Below, piece after piece: positions 43,167-54,557 of a stretch of DNA of 64,000 nucleotides (its first letter is position 1; every line of letters starts with the position of its first letter). The DNA is taken from positions 800,001 through 864,000 of the forward strand of contig CAVSIV010000006.1 of assembly GCA_963728205.1 (NCBI GenBank). The letters are read 5' to 3'. The DNA comes from an uncultured Chloroflexia bacterium (GTDB lineage: Bacteria; Chloroflexota; Dehalococcoidia; UBA2979). The translations under genes were made by a program, and so were the position numbers. The notes beneath the pieces are model-generated. The model was given only the letters and a program-made list of their open reading frames with translations, made no database searches and was not told the origin of the DNA.

Positions 43167-43424
43167 GTGAGCATGAACATCAAGAGCGAGGACGCACACC
43201 GACTCGCCCGCGAGTTGGCGTCGCTGACAGGCGAGAGCGTCACCGCTGCCGTGACGGAGGCCCTGCGCGAGCGCCTCGAGCGCGTTCGCCGCGAGCGGGG
43301 CGAAGAGACGCTCGCCGACCGGTTGGCCGCTATCTGCCGAGCATCCGCGCCACACTTCCGGGAGGGGTTCCGGTCCGCCAATCATGCCGACCTCCTGTAC
43401 GACCAGCGCGGCCTGCCGCGGTGA
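43167..43424 (+). CDS. vapB: VapB antitoxin (Rv0623-like)
   Basis: MNIKSEDAHRLARELA.LTGES.T.AV..ALRERL, LLYD..GLP. Confidence 0.85.
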   Translation: MSMNIKSEDAHRLARELASLTGESVTAAVTEALRERLERVRRERGEETLADRLAAICRASAPHFREGFRSANHADLLYDQRGLPR

Positions 43425-43816
43425 TCCTCGAGACCTCCGCGCTTCTCGCGATGCTGCTCGACGAGCCGGACGCCGAGGCGTATCAGCGGGCGATCGACGC
43501 TGCGTCGACGCGGCGGATATCCGCGGGCACGCTGCTCGAGACGTGCATCGTGGTGGACGGCAACGGCGATGCGGTCGCCGGTCGCCTCCTCGACAATCTC
43601 CTCGCCGCAGCGGGGGTCGCGGTTGAGCCGGTCACGGTGGAGCAGGTGCGCATCGCGCGCGCCGCCTACCGCGACTTCGGCCGGGGAAGCGGTCATCCGG
43701 CGCGCCTGAACTTCGGTGACTGCTTCGCGTATGCGCTCGCCAGGGCCACCGGCGAGCCGCTGCTGTTCAAGGGCGAGGACTTCGCGCAAACCGACCTCCG
43801 CTCCGCGCTGACCTAG
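43421..43816 (+). CDS. vapC: VapC toxin
   Basis: ILETSALLAML.DEP, FGRGSGHPARLNFGDCFAYALA, PLLFKGEDF. Confidence 0.88.
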   Translation: MILETSALLAMLLDEPDAEAYQRAIDAASTRRISAGTLLETCIVVDGNGDAVAGRLLDNLLAAAGVAVEPVTVEQVRIARAAYRDFGRGSGHPARLNFGDCFAYALARATGEPLLFKGEDFAQTDLRSALT

Positions 43817-43823
43817 CGCGCAA

Positions 43824-43921
43824 CCACAGCGGCGGCAGACATGCCGCCGACAGAACGCGGACGCCAGTCTGCGCGGCCGGCGCCGGGGCGCCTGTCGGCG
43901 GCATGTCTGCCGCCGCTGTGG
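43824..43921. repeat. REP-1 inverted pair
   Basis: consensus copies in inverted orientation. Confidence 0.9.
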
Positions 43922-44025
43922 TTCATGGGGTGGCCCGCGCACAGAAAGTGGGCGGGCCGCCCCGGGAGAGGCGGCCCGCCTGCGAAGCGGTCGGACGGCG
44001 GGCCGGTCCGCCCGCGCGCGCTTCG

Positions 44026-44829
44026 CTACTTGACGACCAGCACGATCGTGCCGGCGGGAACGGTCGAGGGATACGTCGCGTTGAACTCGGCGTTCACGAA
44101 CGCCGGGGCGCCGGGGATCAGCACCTGGGCCTTGCCGTTGACGAAGACCGTCACCGAGATGCCCTGCGCCGCGAGCGTCGCGGACGCCATCTGCTGCACG
44201 GTGCCGCCCTGCCAGATCACGGGGTTGACGCCGACCGTGTCGATCGGGCGGTCGAACTTGCCGAGCAGGTTGACCGCAAGCGCGCTCAGGCTCGTGACGT
44301 CGGCGACGTCGTTCGTGCCGTTGGAGACCGTCGCGTCGCCGTCGAGCGAGATGCCGATCGTGCCGGAGGCGGTGTCGGCGGTGTCGGGCTGCACCTTGAT
44401 GCCGGACAGCATGAGCGTGTCACCGGCGGCGGAGCCGGTGGTCACGTTCAGCACGATCTCGTGCTGCGTCGGGGTGACGGTGCCGGTGGCGGCGCCGCCG
44501 ATCTGGAGCGTGCCGGTGCCGCCGACGGTGTAGGTGACCGGGGCGGAGGTGTCGAACGACCAGCCGGTCGGGGCCTCGATCTTGATGCCGTTGGCGGTGG
44601 TCATCTCGTTGCCGGTCGCCGTGATCGTGATCGGCGTGAGCGCCGTGAAGGTGTTGGCGCCGGTCGCGGCGTTGGTCGTCGGCTGGATCACGGCGTCGGC
44701 GCGCGTGGTCACCGTCGGCGCCGCGGCCTGCGCGAGGCCGGGCGCGGCCGCGAGGAGCATGCCGGCCGAGGCCGCGAGTGCAGCGATGGCGGCGCCTCCG
44801 CGCCAGGTCCAGGTGCGCAGTCTGCTCAT
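44026..44829 (-). CDS. secreted protein with the shared C-terminal domain
   Basis: signal peptide ending AQA; N-domain resembles the first domain of 35673-37490 (W.F.T, AGDT...SGI.V.P); ends GKFDR...PGAPAFVN...GTIVLVVK. Confidence 0.82.
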   Translation of the reverse strand: MSRLRTWTWRGGAAIAALAASAGMLLAAAPGLAQAAAPTVTTRADAVIQPTTNAATGANTFTALTPITITATGNEMTTANGIKIEAPTGWSFDTSAPVTYTVGGTGTLQIGGAATGTVTPTQHEIVLNVTTGSAAGDTLMLSGIKVQPDTADTASGTIGISLDGDATVSNGTNDVADVTSLSALAVNLLGKFDRPIDTVGVNPVIWQGGTVQQMASATLAAQGISVTVFVNGKAQVLIPGAPAFVNAEFNATYPSTVPAGTIVLVVK

Positions 44830-44957
44830 AGGTGCGTGGTTCCTCTCCTGTGGGTGGTTGCGCTGTCGAGGGTTCCAACGACGGCGGGAACGGGAGGGTT
44901 CGCGCGAGATCGCGCGATCGTGCGGATCGATAGGGAATCGATAGGGGCGCATCGCCG

Positions 44958-45054
44958 CCACAGCGGCGGCAGACATGCCGCCGACAGGGACGCGGCGCCA
45001 GCCGCGCGGACCGGCGTCCGCGTGCTGTCGGCGGCATGTCTGCCGCCGCTGTGG
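44958..45054. repeat. REP-1 inverted pair upstream of the RAYT-like gene
   Basis: consensus copies. Confidence 0.9.
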
Positions 45055-45132
45055 TTCGCGCAGGTCACCTTGCGGGCGGTGGCCGTCAAGCCTGACGGCG
45101 ACGGGAATGCGCTCGGCCGCCACCCTGTGCAC

Positions 45133-45687
45133 ATGGACCGGTACTGGCTGCTCACCTGGACGACGTATGGCACGTGGCTCCCCGGCGATCCCCGCGGCTC
45201 CACGCTGCGCGTCCCCGACGTGGACGGCGACGGACGCTCGCGGACGTTCCTTCGGCTGAAGGGCGAGGGCGGCCGCGCCCGCGGGCTCGCCCGCAGCGCG
45301 GCGCGGCGGATGACGGGGCCGCCGGCGCGGCTCACGGCGGACGAGGCGCGGGTCGTCCTGGACGAGATCCGCTCGCAGGCGCGCTTCCGGCGATGGGCGC
45401 TGCCGGCATGCGCGGTGATGGCGAATCACGTCCACGCCGTCGTGGGACTCGGCCCGGATGAGGAGCCGTCGCGCGCGCTGCACGCGTTCAAGGCGTACGC
45501 GAGCCGCGCGCTGAACGACCGCCGCGGACGACCGGCGGGAGGCACGTGGTGGACGCAGTCGGGATCCACGCAGCGGCTGCGATGGGAGGCGAACGGCGTC
45601 GCCGCCGTGCGCTACGTGCGCGAGCAGCCCTACCCGCTCGCGGTCTGGATCGCACCGGGCGTCGACCCAACCGGCGGCGGTGGCTGA
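45133..45687 (+). mobile_element. REP-associated tyrosine (Y1/HUH, IS200-like) transposase
   Basis: LLTWTTYGTWLPGDPRG, AVMANHVHAVV (HUH), FKAYASR, WWTQSG, VRYVREQ catalytic Tyr; REP pairs on both sides. Confidence 0.85.
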
Positions 45688-45718
45688 CGGGGCGCCGGGC
45701 GGCGATCGCCGACACGCC

Positions 45719-45840
45719 GCCACCCACAGTCGCCACCCACAGTCGCCAGCCACAGTCGGTACCCACAGTCGCCACCCACAGTCGCCACCCACAGTCGCCA
45801 CCCACAGTCGCCAGCCACAGTCGCCACCCACAGTCGCGAA
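45719..45840 (+). repeat. about nine 13-bp tandem repeats CCACAGTCGCCA(C/G)
   Basis: seen directly; abuts the CCACAG end of the next REP. Confidence 0.85.
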
Positions 45841-45937
45841 CCACAGCGGCGGCAGATATGCCGCCGACAGCCCGCGGACGCCAGTCCGCGCGGCTAGCGC
45901 CGCGCATCTGTCGGCGGCATATCTGCCGCCGCTGTGG
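45841..45937. repeat. REP-1 inverted pair downstream of the RAYT-like gene (GATA loop variant)
   Basis: CCACAGCGGCGGCAGATATGCCGCCGACAG and its reverse complement. Confidence 0.9.
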
Positions 45938-46115
45938 TTCGCGGTTGCCCCCGGCCCGCGCGGTGGTCCGCGGTGCCGGCCCGCGCGGTTGCCCCCGGGC
46001 CGCGCGGGGGTTCGCGGTTGCCCCCGGCCCGCGCGGTGGTCCGCAGCGCCGGCCGCGCGAACCCGCGTTACCCACCCGCGCGCTATCGTTCGCGCCGCAG
46101 CAGAGGGGGACGCGC

Positions 46116-48678
46116 GTGACGCTACGGCTGGTCGGGCAGGACGACGGCGACGCGCCGGGGGCGGGCATCTTCGACGGCGTGCGCGTCGTCGACACGACGA
46201 CCGGCATCGCGGGCCCGTACGCGACGATGTTCCTCGCCGATCACGGCGCCGACGTGATCAAGGTCGAGCCGCCGGGCGGCGATCCGTTTCGCGCGAGCCT
46301 CGCGTTCCAGACGCTGAACCGCGGCAAGCGCTCCGCGGTGCTCGACCTCACGAGCGACAGCGGCCGCTCGCGCTTCGCGCTGCTCGCCGCCTCGGCGGAC
46401 GTGGTCGTCGTCGACGAGCCGCAGCGCCGCGCGGCGACGCTGGGCATCGACTACGCGACGCTGGCGGCGGCGAACCGCGCGCTCGTCTACCTCGCCGTGC
46501 CGCCGTTCGGCGAGCGCGGGCCGTTCGTGGACCGGCCGGCGTCGCCGGCACTGGTGGCCGCGGTGAGCGGGCTGCTCGCGTCGCAGATGTCGTACTCCGG
46601 CGACCCGGTGCACCTCGTGCTGCCGCTGGCGTCGTACGGCACGGGCGCGATGGGCGCGGCGGCGGTGGCGGGGGCGCTGTACGCGCGCGAACGGTGGGGG
46701 CGCGGGCAGTTCGTCGAGGTCTCGGAGCTGGCGGGCGCGCTCGCGCTGCAGGTCGGCGGCGTGCGGTCGGACCAGGTGCCGGGCGCGCCGGACCGCGCGC
46801 CGAGCCCGTTCGGCGCGAAGGGCCGGCTGCCGGCATACCGCCTCTACCAGGCCGCCGACGGGAAGTGGTTCTTCCTCGCGTGCGGCTCGGCGCAGTTCTT
46901 CCATCGCATGCTGATCGCCATCGACCACCCGGAGCTGGCGGCGGACCCGCGGCTCGAGAACGCGCCGTGGGGGCTGTTCACGCCCGAGGCGATCGAGGCC
47001 CTCGTCCCGATGCTGGAGTCGCTCTTCGCGACGCAGCCGCGCGACCACTGGCTGCGCCTCTTCCACGACGCCGACGTCCCGGCGCAGCCGGTGCAGACGC
47101 GCGACGAGTACTTCGCGAGCGACGTGGTGGCCGCGAACGCGATGCGGCAGTCGGTGCACGACGACGCGCTGGGCGAGGTCGAGATGATGGGCGTGCCGCT
47201 GGTGACGACGGCCGCGCCCGGCGCGATCCGCGGTCCCGCGCCGAAGCTCGGCGAGCACACCGACGTGGTGCTCGCGGAGGCGGCGACGGAGCGGCGCGCC
47301 GACGCGCGGCTGCGCGCGGTGCCGTCGCGCGGCCCGCTTCCGGCCGGCCGTGATCGTGAGGCGTCCACTGCACACGGCGGGCCGGAAGCCCGCCGCGCGC
47401 CCGGGCCGGGCGAGCGGGCCGGTTCGGGCGAGCAGCCCGCGATGCTCGAAGGGCTGCGCGTCCTCGAATCTCTCCTCGTTCATCGCGGGGCCCGTCCTGC
47501 CCCGCCATCTCGCGATGCTCGGCGCCGACGTGACGAAGGTGGAGGCGCCGACGGGCGACGCGTTCCGGCAGATGGGGCTCGGATTCCTCGGGTGGAACCA
47601 GGGCAAGCGCGACATCGCGCTCGACCTGCGCCTGCCGGCGGCGCGCGAGGTCGCCTACCGCATCGTGCGCGAGGCCGACGTCGTGGTGCAGAACTTCCGG
47701 CCGGGCGTGGCCGAGCGGCTGGGGGTCGACGTCGCGACGCTGCGGGCGATCAACCCGCGGGTCGTCTACCTCGAGTCGCCCGGCTGGGGCGACGACGAGT
47801 CGCTGCGCGCGGCGCCGGGCTTCGACCCGCTCGTGCAGGCGGTGTCGGGCGCGATGGCCGCGCAGGGCGGCGCCGCCGAGCCGGTCTTCCACACGGTCGC
47901 GCTGAACGACGTGATGACGCCGGCGATCGGCACCTTCGGCGTGCTCGCCGCGCTGTACCACCGCGAGCGCACCGGCGACGGCCAGCTGGTGAAGACCGCG
48001 CTCGCCCGCACGGGCCTCGCGATCCAGGCGGGCGAGTTCACGCGCGTGGTCCGCGCGCGGCGGCCTGCAGGCCCGCCGTGGAGCGAGTCGGCGCTGGATG
48101 CCCGCCCGCCCGCGCCCCCTCGCGCTTCGGACCTCGGCACCGGCGAGTTCCCCGCCGGCGGGCGCGACTACCCCGGCCCGAGCGCCGGACGCCGCTGGTA
48201 CCGCTGCGGCGACGACCGCGACCTCTACGTCGAGGCGGGCGCGCCCGACCAGCGCCGCGCGCTGGTCGCCACCGCCGGCGCGGCGCTCGACGCGGACGCG
48301 CTCGCGGCGCCCCTCGGCACGCACGTCTGCGAGACGGCGACGGACGCGCTGGCGTCGGCGTTCCAGACGCGGGCGCGCGACGAGTGGGTCGCGGCGCTCG
48401 ACGCCGCCGGCGTGCCGTGCGCGCCGATCGTCGCGCGGTCGGAGCTGCTGGACGCCGCGCACATCCGCGCGAACGGCCTGGTGGTCGACCAGGACGACCC
48501 GCAGTGGGGGCGCACCACCAACACCGGCATGCTGATCCGCGCCGCGGGCACGCCCGGCCGCATCGTGCTGCGCGCGCCGGCGCTCTCCGAGCACGCGACC
48601 GAGATCCTCGACGAGCTCGGCTACTCGGCGGAGGAGCAGCGCGCGCTGGTCGCAGCCGGCGCGGTCAAGCTGCCGTAG
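46116..48678 (+). CDS. double-domain CaiB/BaiF (family III) CoA-transferase, frameshift at ~47468
   Basis: IAGPYA...LAD.GADVIKVEPP.GD, LNRGKRS, second VL(D)LSSFIAGP...WNQGKR...NFRPGV. Confidence 0.88.
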
Positions 48679-48691
48679 CCGCGCGTCACCT

Positions 48692-48808
48692 CGGCGGCGG
48701 CAGACATGCCGCCGACAGCGGCGGGGCGCCAGCCGGGCGGACCTGGCTTCCGCGGACCCTGTCGCGGACGGGCGTCCGCGTCCTGTCGGCGGCATGTCTG
48801 CCGCCGCT
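48692..48808. repeat. REP-1 inverted pair
   Basis: consensus copies. Confidence 0.88.
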
Positions 48809-48908
48809 GAGGGGCAGCATCGCCGTCCGCGCGGGCGGCGCCGCGGGTGTCCGCGGCCGGCTTTGTGACCCCGGATGCACAACGCGACCCTTCGGATAGA
48901 CTGCGCCG

Positions 48909-49256
48909 ATGGAAATTGTGCAGGCCAAGTACGTGCTGCGCGCGCAGGAGATGTGGCGCGCGGTCGCCTTCTGGCGCGACGCGCTCGGCCTGCAGGTGCG
49001 CTTCGGCGACGACGAGTGGACGGAGATGCCGTTCACCGCGGGCGCGCTGCTCGTGCTCCAGGCCGGCCACGACGGCTCGCGGCGCCGCAGCGGCCTGAGT
49101 CTCGAGGTCGCGGACATCGCGGTCGCGATCGCGGCGGCGCAGAGAGCGGGCGGCCGCGTGCTGCACGCGCCGCACCGACCGGCCGGTCAGACCTTCCAGC
49201 TCGCCGAGCTCATCGACACCGAGGGCAACGTCTTCCGCCTGACCGAGGGCGCCTGA
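48909..49256 (+). CDS. VOC/glyoxalase family protein
   Basis: RAVAFWRDALGL, LEVADI, DTEGNVF. Confidence 0.8.
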   Translation: MEIVQAKYVLRAQEMWRAVAFWRDALGLQVRFGDDEWTEMPFTAGALLVLQAGHDGSRRRSGLSLEVADIAVAIAAAQRAGGRVLHAPHRPAGQTFQLAELIDTEGNVFRLTEGA

Positions 49257-49290
49257 GGGCCGACGCCCGGCCGCGACGCCGCGCGGGCGC

Positions 49291-49635
49291 TCAGCGCGTC
49301 GCCGGCCCCGATTGCGGACGGCCTTCGTGGGCGATCTCCTGCTCGAGCAGGTGCAGTCGCAGCGCGTCCCAGAGCGCGCGCAGGCTGGCCGCGTCGTGCT
49401 CGCCGCCGGGCGCCCCGGCGGCGTCGCGCAGGGCGGCGGCGTCCTTCGCGAGCAACCCCGCCGTGGCGGACGGATGCACAATCAGCGGTCCGCGCCACAC
49501 GGTGATGCGGCGGCAGGCACTGCAGATCGACCAGCGGACGTCGGGTAAGGGACGGTCGGTGGAGAGCCACCACTGCTCGCCGTGCGTGCCGCAGCGCGGA
49601 CAGGCGAACCAGTCACGCCGGGTGGTGCGCTCCAC
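49291..49635 (-). CDS. small zinc-ribbon hypothetical protein
   Basis: CPRCG and CSAC pairs; GGAAGGAG RBS. Confidence 0.5.
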   Translation of the reverse strand: MERTTRRDWFACPRCGTHGEQWWLSTDRPLPDVRWSICSACRRITVWRGPLIVHPSATAGLLAKDAAALRDAAGAPGGEHDAASLRALWDALRLHLLEQEIAHEGRPQSGPATR

Positions 49636-49950
49636 GCGCAGCTCCTTCCCGGCCTGGAGTGTTCGGGGGGCGGTCCGCCTGACGGCCGGGCGGGACCCTG
49701 GCGGACCGCCCCCTATAGCGAACAGACCGACGGCGCTCGCCGTTCTTACACTCGGTCGCGGCGAACTTTCCGAGAGCTTGAAGATTTAGCAAGGTTTTCC
49801 CCGCGGAACGTGGCTTCTCGGTCGAAATCGGGGTTCTCCCGACGTTGGGGCGGGCGGATACCCGCTATTTTTCCGGGGACGGTCGGGCGACCTTCAGGGG
49901 CTGGCTTTGGGCGCGCATGGACTCGCGTGCCCGGAACGCACCGGGACAAG

Positions 49951-52590
<2,640 letters not shown>

Positions 52591-52781
52591 TCGGACGCCC
52601 GTCCGCCCGTTCGCCCGGCCACCGTCCCCGCCCTACCGGATCCCCGGCACTCCGGAACCGCGCCTGCCACCTGTCCGTCCCGCCGCCTTGCGCCGGCTTG
52701 CGCCGCGCGGGCGCGCTCGCGCCTGACGTGCCGTAGGCTGTCGCACCGACTGCAGCAGGCATCGCGAGCGCGGAGGCACGC

Positions 52782-53945
52782 ATGGAGTTCGTCCTGTCCG
52801 AGGAGCACCAGCTCATCCAGCACACGGCCCGGCGCATCGCGCAGGACGTGATCGCACCGCGCGCGGCGGAAGTCGACGCGACCGGCGAGTACCCCGAGGA
52901 CTACTTCCAGGCCTTCCGCGACGCCGGGCTCCTCGGCATCACACTCCCGAAGGAGGTCGGCGGCGCCGACGCGGGGACGCTCGCGCTCACGCTCGCGGTC
53001 GAGGAGGTCGCGAAGTACGACTGCTCGGCCGGGCTGATGCTGCTGCTGTCGTCGCTCTCCACGCACACGATCAAGTTCTTCGGCACCGACGCGCAGCGCC
53101 GCGACTACATCGGCCCGGTGGCGCGCGGCGAGAAGAAGGGCGCGTTCTGCCTCACCGAGCCGGACGCGGGCTCCGACGTGGCTGGCCTGCGCGCCCGTGC
53201 CGTGCGCGACGGAGACGACTACCTGATCAGCGGGCAGAAGTGCTTCATCTCGGGCGGGCCGCTGGCCGACCAGGTCGTCGTCTTCGCGAAGACCGACCCG
53301 AACGACCCGCGCTCGCTGAGCGCGTTCGTCGTCGACACCGACATGCCGGGCTTCGAGGTGACGTCGGTGGACCGCAAGATGGGCGTGCGCGGCGTGCCCA
53401 CCGGGGTGCTGTCGTTCGACGACGTGCGCGTGCCGAAGTCGCGCCTCGTGGGCGAGCAGGAGGGCCTCGGCATGCGCGGCCCGCTGACGACGCTGAACTC
53501 GCTGCGGCCGGTGGTGGGCGCGCGCGGCGTGGGGCTGGCGGAGGGTGCGCTGACGTACGCGCTCGACTACGCGCGCGAGCGGCGGGCGTTCGGATCGCCG
53601 CTCACCGACCTGCAGGCGATCCAGATGAAGCTCGCGAACATGGCGATTGAGATCGAGGCGGCGCGGCTGCTCGTCTACCAGGGCTCGTGGCTGGTGGACC
53701 AGCCGGACTTCGGGCCGTCGAAGGCGCACTACCTGTCGATGGCGAAGGCGTACGCGACGGAGATGGCGAACCGGGTGGCGTCGGAGGCGATCCAGGTGCT
53801 GGGCGGGCAGGGGTACATGATGGACCACCCGCTGGAGCGCCACTATCGCGACGCGCGACAGCTGATGATCGTGGAGGGGACGTCGGAGATTCAGCGCGTG
53901 ATCATCGCGCGATCGCTGATCGACCGGAACCTCGTGTATCCGTAG
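52782..53945 (+). CDS. acyl-CoA dehydrogenase
   Basis: FCLTEPDAGSD, GQKCFIS, KMGVRG, GGQGY, RDARQ..I.EGTSEIQR. Confidence 0.93.
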   Translation: MEFVLSEEHQLIQHTARRIAQDVIAPRAAEVDATGEYPEDYFQAFRDAGLLGITLPKEVGGADAGTLALTLAVEEVAKYDCSAGLMLLLSSLSTHTIKFFGTDAQRRDYIGPVARGEKKGAFCLTEPDAGSDVAGLRARAVRDGDDYLISGQKCFISGGPLADQVVVFAKTDPNDPRSLSAFVVDTDMPGFEVTSVDRKMGVRGVPTGVLSFDDVRVPKSRLVGEQEGLGMRGPLTTLNSLRPVVGARGVGLAEGALTYALDYARERRAFGSPLTDLQAIQMKLANMAIEIEAARLLVYQGSWLVDQPDFGPSKAHYLSMAKAYATEMANRVASEAIQVLGGQGYMMDHPLERHYRDARQLMIVEGTSEIQRVIIARSLIDRNLVYP

Positions 53946-53977
53946 CAGCGCCGCGTTGGCGACGGCCGACTACGCGG

Positions 53978-54535
53978 TCAGGGCGCGTCGGCGGACCGGG
54001 CCGGCTCGGAGGGCCGCAGCGCTCCGCGCGTGCGTGGAGTGGTCTCGCGGTTCGGCGCCCGCCGCCGTGCTCGGCGTGCGCGAGCCGCGGTCTGGTCGAC
54101 CCGCCCAAGGAACTCTCGCTCGCGGTGCTCCTCGTAGAGATTGACCGTCGTGGCCCCCCCGTCCGACGCGACATCCTCGGCGATGCGCTCGAGCTTCTGC
54201 TCCATCTGGAACTCGAACTGCTCGCGCTCCTCGGCGCTGGGAATCGCCGCCGGACCGGACTTCCGATAGGTCAGCTCGGGGTGCTCGCCGGGGAGCGCCG
54301 TGCCGGCGATCGGCGCGGACACCTCCTGCTCGAGATGCCAGTACGTCCCGCGATCGGGGATCCGCCGCGGCGAGCCCTCGCGGAAGACGAACGCCTGGAA
54401 ATCGCGCGAGACGACCCGCTTCGCATCTTCGTCGCACGCCGGGCATGCGGCCGGCTCCGCTGCGCGGCGCGCGGATCGCGCGAGCGCCTCGAACACGGCG
54501 TCGCAGCCCTCGCAGTAGTACTCGTACAGCGGCAT
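53978..54535 (-). CDS. FmdB-family zinc ribbon protein
   Basis: MPLYEYYCEGC...FE...CPAC. Confidence 0.8.
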   Translation of the reverse strand: MPLYEYYCEGCDAVFEALARSARRAAEPAACPACDEDAKRVVSRDFQAFVFREGSPRRIPDRGTYWHLEQEVSAPIAGTALPGEHPELTYRKSGPAAIPSAEEREQFEFQMEQKLERIAEDVASDGGATTVNLYEEHREREFLGRVDQTAARARRARRRAPNRETTPRTRGALRPSEPARSADAP

Positions 54536-54557
54536 GGTGGGCGGCTCCTTCCGGGAC

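Noticed and set aside
26352-45937. Classical integron
   Set aside because: No tyrosine integrase and no recognisable attC sites; genes lie in mixed orientations
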